NCBI GenBank assembly: GCA_021733945.1
Contig: JAIPJX010000003.1
Location: forward strand, 16,493-80,492
Length of the DNA stretch: 64,000 bases
Source of the DNA: Verrucomicrobiota bacterium
GTDB lineage: Bacteria; Verrucomicrobiota; Verrucomicrobiia; Limisphaerales; SIBE01
Direction of reading: 5' to 3'
Below the pieces are notes generated by a model. The model was not told where the DNA came from. It saw nothing but the letters and a program-made list of their open reading frames with translations, and ran no database searches. This document shows, one piece after another, positions 27,546 through 36,654 of the stretch. Made by a program: the position numbers and the translations under genes. Within the stretch, counting starts at the first letter, position 1, and each line of letters starts with the position of its first letter.

Positions 27546-28628
27546 ATGCCTTCGTTTCGTTCAAGCGATGCTCGAAGGGTTGTCCTCTCCGTTGATTACG
27601 AAGTTTTCGGCAACGGTTCGGGCGATGTCCGCCAGCATATTCTCAATCCGACCGAACAGATGGCTCGGCTTTGCGAATCTCACGGATTTCCGCTGACCGT
27701 GTTTTTTGAAGTCGAGGAGTACCTGGCCTTCGAACGTTATCGCCGCGAACTGACCGAGGCTTGCGGATATGACCCAGCGGGTTTGATTCGTGAGCAGGTT
27801 CTCGCGCTCGCCCGGCGCGGTCACGACATTCAGCTGCATCTGCACCCCGAATGGCATGGTGGCCGATGGAACGGACAGGAATGGGTTCTGCGGCAGGATC
27901 AGGAGACCGTCGACAGCCTCTTCGAATCGCAAGGCGAGGCGACGTCTTATGTCGCGAGCCGGAAGCGGGTCATCGACGCACTGCTCGAGGAGGCCCGGAC
28001 GCGGCGGCGGGTCCAGGTTTATCGGGCGGGCGCGTTCAGTGCGCAGCCGGGCCGGAGACTCCTGACGGCTCTGGCTGAAAACGGCATTGTCATCGATTCA
28101 TCGGTTGTCAAGGGAATGACCCGATGGAATGGCCATGGCGCTCTGGATTATCGGCAGGCTCCCAACGCGAAAGGGCCGTGGCGTGTCACGAATGACGTGG
28201 TTCGGGAAGACCCGGCCGGGGCGGTGTGGGAATTTCCCATTTACTCGGTCATGGGGCGGCGCTGGCAGCAGGCCACCTTCGCCCGGTTCAAAGCCAAATT
28301 CTCGCGCAATGTGCCGCGCGCCCAGCAGACGAGACTGGTTCGGCAACTGGGAATCCGCCGGTCTCCGTTCGCGTTTCTGAGGTTCCTGGTCGAACCGGTG
28401 CCGATCAAACTGGACTTCCACAATTTGGAGCCAATGAAGTTGCTCCACCTGATCCGCTCGGCTCCAAAGCCGGAAAATGGCCTGCCCGATGTGCTGGTGT
28501 TGATCGGGCACACCAAGGAGCACATTGACAATCACGGATTCGGAACGTTTCTCCGACTTTTGGACTCCGAGAGTGACATCAAGGTCGTCGGTTTCGCAGA
28601 GGTGGCGGAGATCGTGAAATCGCTATGA
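27546..28628 (+). CDS. Polysaccharide-deacetylase-like protein (PEP-CTERM-locus type)
   Basis: VVLSVDYEVFGNGSGDV...GFPLTVFFEVEEY...GHDIQLHLHPEW resembles the divergent deacetylase family found in exosortase loci. ATG 27546 was chosen; the track start 27330 overlaps the previous gene. Confidence 0.6.
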   Translation: MPSFRSSDARRVVLSVDYEVFGNGSGDVRQHILNPTEQMARLCESHGFPLTVFFEVEEYLAFERYRRELTEACGYDPAGLIREQVLALARRGHDIQLHLHPEWHGGRWNGQEWVLRQDQETVDSLFESQGEATSYVASRKRVIDALLEEARTRRRVQVYRAGAFSAQPGRRLLTALAENGIVIDSSVVKGMTRWNGHGALDYRQAPNAKGPWRVTNDVVREDPAGAVWEFPIYSVMGRRWQQATFARFKAKFSRNVPRAQQTRLVRQLGIRRSPFAFLRFLVEPVPIKLDFHNLEPMKLLHLIRSAPKPENGLPDVLVLIGHTKEHIDNHGFGTFLRLLDSESDIKVVGFAEVAEIVKSL

Positions 28629-29905
28629 ATTCATCCCTCCACACAGGCCGTACTCCGTCCGAACTCTTGGTGGCTGCGCGGAGGTTTGTCGTTTGGCTGG
28701 AACGGGAAGGGTACGCGAGCTACGACCCGTATGACGTCTGGGGAACGCGTTACGGCTTGTTCGCTCGGCGGCTCTATTACCGTGGAAACCCGCTTGGAAT
28801 GGCGCTCATCACTCCGATTCTGCTTCTGGAAATCCTCTGCCCTGAACGAAGGTCGCTGTTCGTGAAGAAACAGCGATATGCAACTGCGGACGCCCAGTTG
28901 CTGCTGGCATTTCTTAACCTGTATGAGATCGATGGCGACCGGGAACATCTGGACAAAGCCGCCGGGCTGGGCGAGGACCTGTTGCGAAGCAGCATCGCCG
29001 GTTATCGCGGTCATTGCTGGGGGTATCCGTTCGACTGGCAAACCAATCGGGGACGCTGGGAGCGGAACACCCCGTTCATCACCGCGACACCGTATTGTTT
29101 CGAGGCGTTTGCCGCGCTTCACGGTGCCACGGGTGAGGAACGATATCTTGAGGTGGCCGCTTCGGTGGCCCGGTTCGTCCATGACGACCTCAACGACACC
29201 GAAGCGGGTCCGGACGCCATGGCGGCCAGCTATGGTCCGGTCGATCACACCCAGGTGATCAATGCCAGCGCCTATCGCGCCTTTGTCCTGTTCGAGGCGG
29301 CTCGTCAGTTCGGGATGGAGGCCTATCAGAGAAAGGCCGAGCGCAATTTGAACTTTATTCTCCAGAGTCAACGCGCGGATGGGTCCTGGCTCTATGCCCT
29401 GGCGAGTCCAAACGAATCTTTCATCGATCATTTCCACACGTGTTTCGTGCTCAAGAATCTCTTCAAACTGAATCGTCATTTGCAGGATTCACGGGTGTGT
29501 GATGCGATTGAGCGTGGTTGGATGTATTATCGGAAGCATCTGTTTCACCCGGGAGGCAATCCCAAGAGCTTTTCCATCGAGCCCCGCCTCCAGATCGCCC
29601 GGTTGGAGATGTATAATGTCGCCGAGGCCATTACTCTGGGAGCGTTGTTGAAGGAGTGCATTCCAGAGGCGTTCAGCGTGGCCCGTCAGCTCGCGCGTCG
29701 GCTCGCCGCGGAATGGCAGCTTCCGGATGGTCACTTCATGACGCGGGTTTATCTAGGCGGTATCCGCCACACCGAGCCGTTCCTTCGCTGGCCTCAAGCG
29801 CAACTTTTCCACGCCCTGACCAATCTGTTGAAGGCCTCAAGAGGGAGAGGCATCGCTCCGGAGGAAACCGGGAGCAAGCTCCATGGTAAGGCATCCCAAT
29901 GCTAG
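28625..29905 (+). CDS. Hypothetical protein, probably an (alpha/alpha)-toroid-type polysaccharide-modifying enzyme
   Basis: 426-aa ORF, ATGA-coupled to the deacetylase gene. Helix-rich with recurring aromatic/acidic loops (HCWGYPFDWQT, ADGSWLYAL, IDHFHTCFVLKNL, LPDGHF). I do not recognise a named family. Confidence 0.55.
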   Translation: MNSSLHTGRTPSELLVAARRFVVWLEREGYASYDPYDVWGTRYGLFARRLYYRGNPLGMALITPILLLEILCPERRSLFVKKQRYATADAQLLLAFLNLYEIDGDREHLDKAAGLGEDLLRSSIAGYRGHCWGYPFDWQTNRGRWERNTPFITATPYCFEAFAALHGATGEERYLEVAASVARFVHDDLNDTEAGPDAMAASYGPVDHTQVINASAYRAFVLFEAARQFGMEAYQRKAERNLNFILQSQRADGSWLYALASPNESFIDHFHTCFVLKNLFKLNRHLQDSRVCDAIERGWMYYRKHLFHPGGNPKSFSIEPRLQIARLEMYNVAEAITLGALLKECIPEAFSVARQLARRLAAEWQLPDGHFMTRVYLGGIRHTEPFLRWPQAQLFHALTNLLKASRGRGIAPEETGSKLHGKASQC

Positions 29906-30555
29906 CGGGCCGGAGTTTGTTCCAACGCCGCGAACTCTGGACGCTTTCGCGGCGTGGATGGATTGTCCTGTTCCTGCTGTTTTTCGGCACGTGCGCGTTC
30001 ATGGTCTGGAGGATTCATCCGTTTCTGGCGGTGACCGATCGGTTGGAAACGGAATATCTCGTCGTCGAAGGATGGATTCCCAATTACGCGCTGACAGAGA
30101 CCATCAGCGAACTCAAGTCCAACCATTACCGCCTTGTGTTCACTGTCGGTGGCGGCAGCCGCAATGGGGTCGATGTCGAATCGGGAGATAACGACGCTGA
30201 TTATGCGGCCAGGCGTCTGAAGTGGCTGGGGGTTGAGCCTGAAGTCATTCAACCGGTGCCGGCCCATGTCCTGTACCGCGACCGCACCTACAAGTCCGCG
30301 CTGGCGCTGCTGAACTGGATCGAGGAAAGACGGCTGCCGGTGACGAGTTTTAATCTTGTGAGCGTGGGGGTGCATGCGCGCCGGAGCCGCTTGTTGTTTG
30401 AGAAGGCATTCAAGGGACATGCGCAGGTGGGCATCATTTCAGTGGAAGACCGTGAGTACGATCCGGAACGCTGGTGGAAATACAGCGAAGGGGTCAAGGA
30501 GATCCTGAGCGAGGGAACGGCCTACTTCTACACCCGCCTCGCGTTTTGGCGTTAG
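29899..30555 (+). CDS. DUF218 (YdcF/ElyC/SanA-like) membrane-anchored protein
   Basis: N-terminal TM (IVLFLLFFGTCAFMVW), then YLVVEGW...LVFTVGG...VSVGVHARRSRLLF typical of the DUF218 fold. 7-nt overlap with the previous gene. Confidence 0.6.
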   Translation: MLAGRSLFQRRELWTLSRRGWIVLFLLFFGTCAFMVWRIHPFLAVTDRLETEYLVVEGWIPNYALTETISELKSNHYRLVFTVGGGSRNGVDVESGDNDADYAARRLKWLGVEPEVIQPVPAHVLYRDRTYKSALALLNWIEERRLPVTSFNLVSVGVHARRSRLLFEKAFKGHAQVGIISVEDREYDPERWWKYSEGVKEILSEGTAYFYTRLAFWR

Positions 30556-30580
30556 CGCGCCGCACAACCCGAAAAGGACT

Positions 30581-31687
30581 ATGACTATGACTATGGACAC
30601 GGTGCAGCAGGATGGACCCTACCAGGCTGTCCTGGCGGACCTGCGGGCACATCCGCGAAAATGGCTGGTGACCGGTACGGCTGGCTTCATCGGTTCCAAC
30701 GTCCTCGAAACCTTGCTGAATCTGGGCCAGGAGGTTGTCGGATTGGACAACTTCGCCACCGGTTCCATGCTGAATCTCAAGCATGTGGAGGAGGCAGTCG
30801 GGGAGGAGCGGTATCGGAGGTTCCGGTTCATCGAGGCTGATATCGGCCGGTACGAAGCCTGCCGGGAGGCTTGTGATGGGGTGGCCTTTGTGATTCATCT
30901 GGCGGCGCGTGGATCCGTTCCGTTTTCGCTCGGCCAGCCGCTTGAGGTGCATCGGGCTAACGTGACAGGTTTTTGCAACATGATCTGCGCCGCGAAGGAC
31001 AGCCGTGTGAACCGGTTTGTCTACGCCTCGAGCAGTGCGGTCTATGGAGATCATCCCGGGTTGCCGAAGGTTGAATCGGAAATCGGACGGAGCCTTTCGC
31101 CGTACGCCACAACCAAACGGGCGAATGAGTTGTATGCGGATGTCTATTGCCGCTGTTACGGCATCGAGACCATTGGCCTGCGCTACTTTAACGTGTTTGG
31201 TCCTAGGCAGAATCCGGATGGGCCTTATGCCGCCGTAATTCCCAGGTGGATTCAAGCCATGATCCGGAACGGCCCCGTTTTCATCAACGGTGACGGGGAA
31301 ACCAGCCGCGATTTCTGTTACGTGGCCAATGTGGTGCAGGCCAACCTTCTGGCGGCGCTCACCGGTAATCCGGATGCTCTCAACCAGGTTTACAACGTAG
31401 CAGTGGGGGCCAGCACCCGTCTCAACGAGTTGTTCGGTATGCTCCGGGAGCGTTTGCTGCCTCGGTGCCCGCACCTGATCGATTCCAAACCGGTTTACCG
31501 CGAGTTTCGCTCGGGCGATGTGCGGCACTCGCATGCGGACATCAGCAAGGCTCGAGGGTTGCTCGGCTATTCGTCGACCCATCGCATTGAGCAGGGTCTG
31601 GACGAGGCATTGGAGTGGTATGTGGCCAACCTCTCGTCCGCAGGTGACGCTGGGCCGGCGAAGATGCCCGGTACGTTGCCAAAATGA
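30581..31687 (+). CDS. UDP-HexNAc/UDP-hexose 4-epimerase (WbpP/TviC/VipB-like extended SDR)
   Basis: KWLVTGTAGFIGSNVLETLL..GQEVVGLDNFATGS..NL, YASSSAVYGD, SPYATTKRANELYA and IGLRYFNVFGPRQNPDGPYAAVIPRW. Confidence 0.85.
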   Translation: MTMTMDTVQQDGPYQAVLADLRAHPRKWLVTGTAGFIGSNVLETLLNLGQEVVGLDNFATGSMLNLKHVEEAVGEERYRRFRFIEADIGRYEACREACDGVAFVIHLAARGSVPFSLGQPLEVHRANVTGFCNMICAAKDSRVNRFVYASSSAVYGDHPGLPKVESEIGRSLSPYATTKRANELYADVYCRCYGIETIGLRYFNVFGPRQNPDGPYAAVIPRWIQAMIRNGPVFINGDGETSRDFCYVANVVQANLLAALTGNPDALNQVYNVAVGASTRLNELFGMLRERLLPRCPHLIDSKPVYREFRSGDVRHSHADISKARGLLGYSSTHRIEQGLDEALEWYVANLSSAGDAGPAKMPGTLPK

Positions 31688-31748
31688 TTCTTCCAACAGC
31701 CTTCGCCCTACGGCCTTTAAATCCTGAACCCTCAATTGGTTGAATCCC

Positions 31749-33122
31749 ATGGAAATTTGCTGCATCGGCGCCGGATATGTCGGAGGCCCCACCATGGCGG
31801 TGATGGCCGGAAAATGCCCCGACCACAACGTGACGGTTGTGGACACCAATGCGGCGCGGATCGCCGCCTGGAATTCATCCACTCTTCCGGTTTACGAAAC
31901 CGGTTTGGATGATGTGATCGCCGCTTGTCGGGACCGGAATCTGCACTTCTCCGTGGATATCGATGAGGCCATCGCCAGGGCCGAAATGATCTTCGTGTCG
32001 GTCAACACGCCGACCAAGTCCTATGGAATCGGAGCTGGCCGGGCGGCGGATTTGAAGTTTGTCGAGTTGTCCGCCCGCCGCATCGCCGCTGCCGCCAAGG
32101 GGCCGAAGATCATCGTGGAGAAGTCGACTCTGCCCGTGCGTACCGCCCAATCCCTTAAGCGTGTGCTGCACGCCAACGGGGATGGACATGCGTTTCAAAT
32201 CCTTTCCAATCCGGAATTCCTGGCCGAAGGCACCGCCATTCGTGATTTGCTCCGTCCGGACCGAGTGTTGATCGGCAGCGACGATAACCCGGACGCCGTG
32301 GCTGCCCGGCAGAAACTCATCGACGTTTATACCCGCTGGGTTCCTCTGAATCGTATCCTTACCACGAATGTCTGGTCGAGCGAGCTCTCCAAGCTGGTCA
32401 ACAACGCATTTCTGGCCCAGCGCGTCTCTTCCATCAACGCCATCTCCGCCCTTTGTGAGGCCACCGGCGCGGATGTGGACCAGGTGGCGTCCGCCATTGG
32501 CCGCGACACACGCATAGGCCCCCGGTTCCTGAAGGCCTCGATCGGCTTCGGCGGATCGTGCTTCCAGAAGGATATTCTGAACCTCGTGTACATCTGCGAG
32601 TACTACGGCCTGTCAGAGGCTGCCGCCTACTGGAACGGGGTGCTGGAGATGAATGACTGGCAGAAACGGCGGTTCGTTCGGCGGATGATCACCGCCATGT
32701 TCAATACTCTTTCCGGCAAGCGCATCGCCATACTCGGATTCTCCTTCAAGAAAGACACAAACGATACACGCGAGTCTCCGGCAGCGTATGTGTGCCGCGA
32801 TCTGATCGACGAGCAGGCGCAACTGGCGATCTATGACCCCAAGGTTCCGGCAGCCGCGATCATGGCCGATTTGGAACGTTTGACCGGACTGAGCCATCAG
32901 GATCTGGGTGGGAGGGTTGTTTGTGAGCGGGACGCCTACGCCGCTCTTCACCAGGCGCACGCACTGGTGGTGCTGACCGAGTGGGATGAATTCGGGGATC
33001 TTGACTTCGAGCGGGTGTTGGATTCCATGCGCCGACCGGCTTTTGCCTTTGACGGACGCAACACACTCCCGCATGACACCCTGCGTCAGCTTGGTTTCGA
33101 GGTCTACGCAGTGGGAAAATGA
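31749..33122 (+). CDS. ugd: UDP-glucose 6-dehydrogenase
   Basis: [37 protein letters not shown], catalytic [10 protein letters not shown] and [15 protein letters not shown]. Confidence 0.9.
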   Translation: MEICCIGAGYVGGPTMAVMAGKCPDHNVTVVDTNAARIAAWNSSTLPVYETGLDDVIAACRDRNLHFSVDIDEAIARAEMIFVSVNTPTKSYGIGAGRAADLKFVELSARRIAAAAKGPKIIVEKSTLPVRTAQSLKRVLHANGDGHAFQILSNPEFLAEGTAIRDLLRPDRVLIGSDDNPDAVAARQKLIDVYTRWVPLNRILTTNVWSSELSKLVNNAFLAQRVSSINAISALCEATGADVDQVASAIGRDTRIGPRFLKASIGFGGSCFQKDILNLVYICEYYGLSEAAAYWNGVLEMNDWQKRRFVRRMITAMFNTLSGKRIAILGFSFKKDTNDTRESPAAYVCRDLIDEQAQLAIYDPKVPAAAIMADLERLTGLSHQDLGGRVVCERDAYAALHQAHALVVLTEWDEFGDLDFERVLDSMRRPAFAFDGRNTLPHDTLRQLGFEVYAVGK

Positions 33123-33201
33123 CCGCAGCGCATTGAGTGCGTCGCAGGCACGGTCGGCAAAAACATTTCGAGGTCAATCGGTGGACTTCCCGTGGCAACA
33201 A

Positions 33202-34101
33202 ATGAGCGTGGGGGAATATGCGGCCTTGGCGCGAGCTCTCGATGGAAATGGAGTCCGGACCGGAGACCATTACTGGCGCCAGGTGCGGCCCTGCTTCTTC
33301 CGTCCGCTGCTTCCGTTTCAAGAGTATGATCCCAGCGCGGTGCGGGTTCCAAAGCTTGCGGCCATTGGAGGATGGCAATATGGGGTCGCCGACCAGGACC
33401 GGAGGAATTCCTATTTGAACCTCCTCTTGTTTCGAACCGTTCACGGTTACGCACTCCCGTGCCTGACCCCCAAGAAGCAGCGCCAGGTAAGGCTGGCGGC
33501 AGGTCTTTTCACGATTCGTCTGATTACAAACGCAGCGGAGTTCAGGCAGAGCGCGTATCCCGTCTATCTGGCGTTCTACCACAGGACCCGGTACAAGTAT
33601 CTGGCGGAGCGGAGAGCGGAGGACGAATTTTCACGCTGGACGGATCGTCTCTTTCGCTTCCCGAAGATTGCCATTCTGGGCGGGTATCGGAATGGTGCGC
33701 TGGAAGCGGTGAGCGTTTCCCAATGGGTTGAGGAGACGCTCTTGTATTCCACCTTTTTCTGCAACGATGAGTCGCTGCACCTGTGTGTCGCCGATCTCAT
33801 GCTCCACTGGACCCGTAGTGAGGTCGCAAGGTGTCCCGGGATCAAACAGATCTTCGCCGGGATGCACAAAAACGAACGCGGCTTAAGCGATTTCTACCTG
33901 CAACGGGGCTGTGAACTGGTTCGGAAACCGGCCCTGTTTCGGCTCAGCCCAATCGCGGCGGCAATCGTGAAGTGGTGGTTTCCAGGAAAACATAGGATGA
34001 TCGCCGGCCATCTGGAAGCTGCCGGTCAAAACCAATTCGATGGTGTGACCTCCCGGGCTGAGGGCAGGTCCATGCCTTCGTCGCAAACAGCCCGTCCCTG
34101 A
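33202..34101 (+). CDS. Hypothetical protein (possibly GNAT/FemAB-fold acyltransferase)
   Basis: 299-aa ORF from ATG 33202; the track start 32986 overlaps ugd. C-terminal half (ILGGYRNGALEAVSVSQW...LYSTFFCNDESLHLCVADLMLHW...GLSDFYLQRGCELV) loosely resembles CelD/FemAB-like GNAT domains. Weak. Confidence 0.45.
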   Translation: MSVGEYAALARALDGNGVRTGDHYWRQVRPCFFRPLLPFQEYDPSAVRVPKLAAIGGWQYGVADQDRRNSYLNLLLFRTVHGYALPCLTPKKQRQVRLAAGLFTIRLITNAAEFRQSAYPVYLAFYHRTRYKYLAERRAEDEFSRWTDRLFRFPKIAILGGYRNGALEAVSVSQWVEETLLYSTFFCNDESLHLCVADLMLHWTRSEVARCPGIKQIFAGMHKNERGLSDFYLQRGCELVRKPALFRLSPIAAAIVKWWFPGKHRMIAGHLEAAGQNQFDGVTSRAEGRSMPSSQTARP

Positions 34102-34179
34102 CGGGAGCGAATCGTGACGCTGAACGCCGGCGCGAAGCTCCCGGTTCCTTTCGGTCGAATCCAAACAAGTGTAAGCACC

Positions 34180-35466
34180 ATGAAAATTGCCATTATTGGT
34201 CTCGGTTACGTCGGACTCCCCTTGTCGCTCCAATTCGCACGTTCGGGTGTGCAGGTGATCGGGCTGGATATTGACCCGGCGAAGGTCGATGCCCTCAACA
34301 AGGGAAAAAGCTACATCAAACACATCGACTCGGCCGGCATCGCCGAGCTGGTGGACTCCGGGAGTTTGTCCGTGTCGACGGAGTTCCAGCAGGTAGGCGA
34401 AGTGGACGCGGTGATCATCTGCGTGCCGACTCCCTTGAACAAGAACCGTGAGCCGGACGTTTCCTTCGTCCTGGGCACTGGCCGCGCCATCGCGCCGCAC
34501 CTGAAGTTGGGCACGCTGGTGGTTCTGGAATCGACCACCTATCCCGGAACGACGGATGAGGATCTGCTCACCGTGCTGGAAGCAGGGTCCGGGATGAGAG
34601 CCGGAATTGATTTCCACCTGGCCTTTTCCCCGGAACGGGAGGACCCGGGCAATCCCGACAGCAACGTGGTCGCGATTCCGAAAGTTGTCGGCGGCTTGAC
34701 GCCCGACTGTCTGGAGCGCGCCCGAGCCCTGTACGCGAGGGCCATCAAGACGGTCGTGCCCGTCTCCTCGTGCCGGGTGGCCGAGGCGACCAAGATACTC
34801 GAAAACGTCTTCCGGAGTGTCAACATCGCCCTTGTCAACGAACTGAAAACGGTCTACTCGGCGATGGGTATTGATATTTGGGAGGTGATCCAGGCGGCGA
34901 AGACGAAGCCGTTCGGTTTTATGCCCTTCTATCCCGGGCCGGGGTTGGGCGGCCATTGCATTCCCATCGATCCGTTCTATCTAACCTGGAAGGCGCGCGA
35001 ATACGGCCGCAACACCCGGTTCATAGAACTCGCGGGCGAGATCAACAGTTCCATGCCGCAGTATGTCGTTCAAAGGGCTGCGGAGGCACTCAACGCCCAT
35101 CGCAAGTCCGTGAACGGATCCAAGGTCTTGATTCTCGGCCTGGCCTACAAGCCAAACGTGGATGATGACCGCGAATCCCCAAGTTACGTGCTCATGGAGA
35201 CGTTCAAGAATCTTGGGTCTGAAGTGGCCTATTACGACCCCTATGTTCCGGTCATCCGTCCCACGCGGGAACACCCGCAATGGTCCGGCATCGCTTCCGT
35301 GGCCTGGAATCGAGCGTCCATCCATGACTTCGACGTGGTGGTGATTGCCACCAACCATGAGGTGGTCAATTATCAGGAGCTGGTGGATTGGTGCGGGTGT
35401 ATCGTCGATACCAGAAATGCGACGAGTTGCCTGAACGCAAAACCAGGGCAGGTCTGGAGGGCGTAG
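34180..35466 (+). CDS. Nucleotide-sugar dehydrogenase (UDP-HexNAc 6-dehydrogenase, WecC/TviB/WbpO family)
   Basis: MKIAIIGLGYVGLPLSLQFA, ICVPTPL, ESTTYPGTT, FSPER, catalytic GPGLGGHCIPIDP and LGLAYKPNVDD.RESP. Confidence 0.85.
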   Translation: MKIAIIGLGYVGLPLSLQFARSGVQVIGLDIDPAKVDALNKGKSYIKHIDSAGIAELVDSGSLSVSTEFQQVGEVDAVIICVPTPLNKNREPDVSFVLGTGRAIAPHLKLGTLVVLESTTYPGTTDEDLLTVLEAGSGMRAGIDFHLAFSPEREDPGNPDSNVVAIPKVVGGLTPDCLERARALYARAIKTVVPVSSCRVAEATKILENVFRSVNIALVNELKTVYSAMGIDIWEVIQAAKTKPFGFMPFYPGPGLGGHCIPIDPFYLTWKAREYGRNTRFIELAGEINSSMPQYVVQRAAEALNAHRKSVNGSKVLILGLAYKPNVDDDRESPSYVLMETFKNLGSEVAYYDPYVPVIRPTREHPQWSGIASVAWNRASIHDFDVVVIATNHEVVNYQELVDWCGCIVDTRNATSCLNAKPGQVWRA

Positions 35467-35558
35467 CGGGCGGACCGCAACGCAAAGGCAGAGCGTATAT
35501 TGAGGCAGGCTCCGGGCCTCCGGCTGGAGCTGAACATGCAATCGCCAAATCCTCCAAG

Positions 35559-36566
35559 ATGATTCTCCTTCTTGGCGCCACCGGTCACATTGGACAGGCG
35601 TTCGGCCGGGAACTCCGCCGACACGGACGCTGTTTTGTTCCCTTGAGTCGTCGGACCCTGGACTACACGAACTTCGAGAATCTGTTCGACTACGTGAGGG
35701 GGATGAAGCCGGAGTTGGTGATCAACGCCGCTGGATATTCGGGAAGACCGAACATCGATGATTGCGAGTTCAATCGCATTGAGACGTTCCAAGCCAACGC
35801 GGTGCTGCCGGAGGTGATCGGACGGGTCTGCCAGATGACCAGGACCCCGTGGGGGCACGTCTCCTCAGGCAGCATTTATTCCGGGGCCAGAGTGTTCGAA
35901 AACGGCGAACTGAGCATCGTGCGGGACCTGAACCGTCCGGGCGTGCGGCAACTGCATAGCGAGCATCCTGAACTATTTGTCGGTTTCAGCGAGCTCGACG
36001 AGGCAAACGCATCGTTTCGCTGCCCGCCGTGCAGCTTCTATGTGGGCACCAAGGCGCTTGCCGAGGAGAGAATCGGAACAGGGGGACAGAACTACATTTG
36101 GCGGGTCCGAATGCCATTCAATGAACGGGACGAACCGTGGAACCTGCTGACGAAACTTCAGTGCTATCCCAGGATTCGCGACGACTTGAATTCGATTTCG
36201 CAGGTGGACGATTTTGCCCTGGCCTGCCTCCAACTCTGGGACCGTCAGGCACCCTTCGGAATCTACAATGTGATCAACCCCGGGGCCGTGACAACACGGG
36301 AAATCGTCGAGATGATCCAGCGCACGCTCTGTCCCGAACGAGCGTTTGACTATTGGCTCGATGACGAGGAGTTTTATCGTCGCGCGGTTCAGGCTCCCCG
36401 GACGAGTTGCATTCTCGACGCCTCCAAGCTACTCCGCGCTGGCGTCAAGATGCGCACCGTCCGGGAGGCTTTGGCGGATTCCCTGAGGAACTGGCAGCCC
36501 GCTGAGGAACTCAGGATATCCCGGAAGAAATCATCCTTCGGCGATGGTCGCGCACGGGACCGATGA
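35559..36566 (+). CDS. RmlD-like NAD(P)-dependent sugar-nucleotide reductase/epimerase
   Basis: MILLLGATGHIGQAF Rossmann start and PELVINAAGYSGRPNIDDCE.N...TFQANAVLPE, as in dTDP-4-dehydrorhamnose reductase-type proteins. Confidence 0.65.
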   Translation: MILLLGATGHIGQAFGRELRRHGRCFVPLSRRTLDYTNFENLFDYVRGMKPELVINAAGYSGRPNIDDCEFNRIETFQANAVLPEVIGRVCQMTRTPWGHVSSGSIYSGARVFENGELSIVRDLNRPGVRQLHSEHPELFVGFSELDEANASFRCPPCSFYVGTKALAEERIGTGGQNYIWRVRMPFNERDEPWNLLTKLQCYPRIRDDLNSISQVDDFALACLQLWDRQAPFGIYNVINPGAVTTREIVEMIQRTLCPERAFDYWLDDEEFYRRAVQAPRTSCILDASKLLRAGVKMRTVREALADSLRNWQPAEELRISRKKSSFGDGRARDR

Positions 36567-36654
36567 AACGGGAACCGTTTCAACGCTTCCCTGACATCCG
36601 CTCTGGAAAGCTTCGGAAAGTCTGGGACGGGGCGGCAGCCGTCCCTGCCGATTC

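Noticed and set aside
30494-31882. 462-aa minus-strand ORF
   Set aside because: It lies entirely antisense to two motif-rich plus-strand genes (the WbpP-like epimerase and ugd). Its R/P/G-rich, low-complexity translation is typical of shadow ORFs in GC-rich DNA.
33883-34956. 357-aa minus-strand ORF
   Set aside because: Antisense to the UDP-HexNAc dehydrogenase gene, which has catalytic GGHCIP and Rossmann motifs. Shadow ORF.
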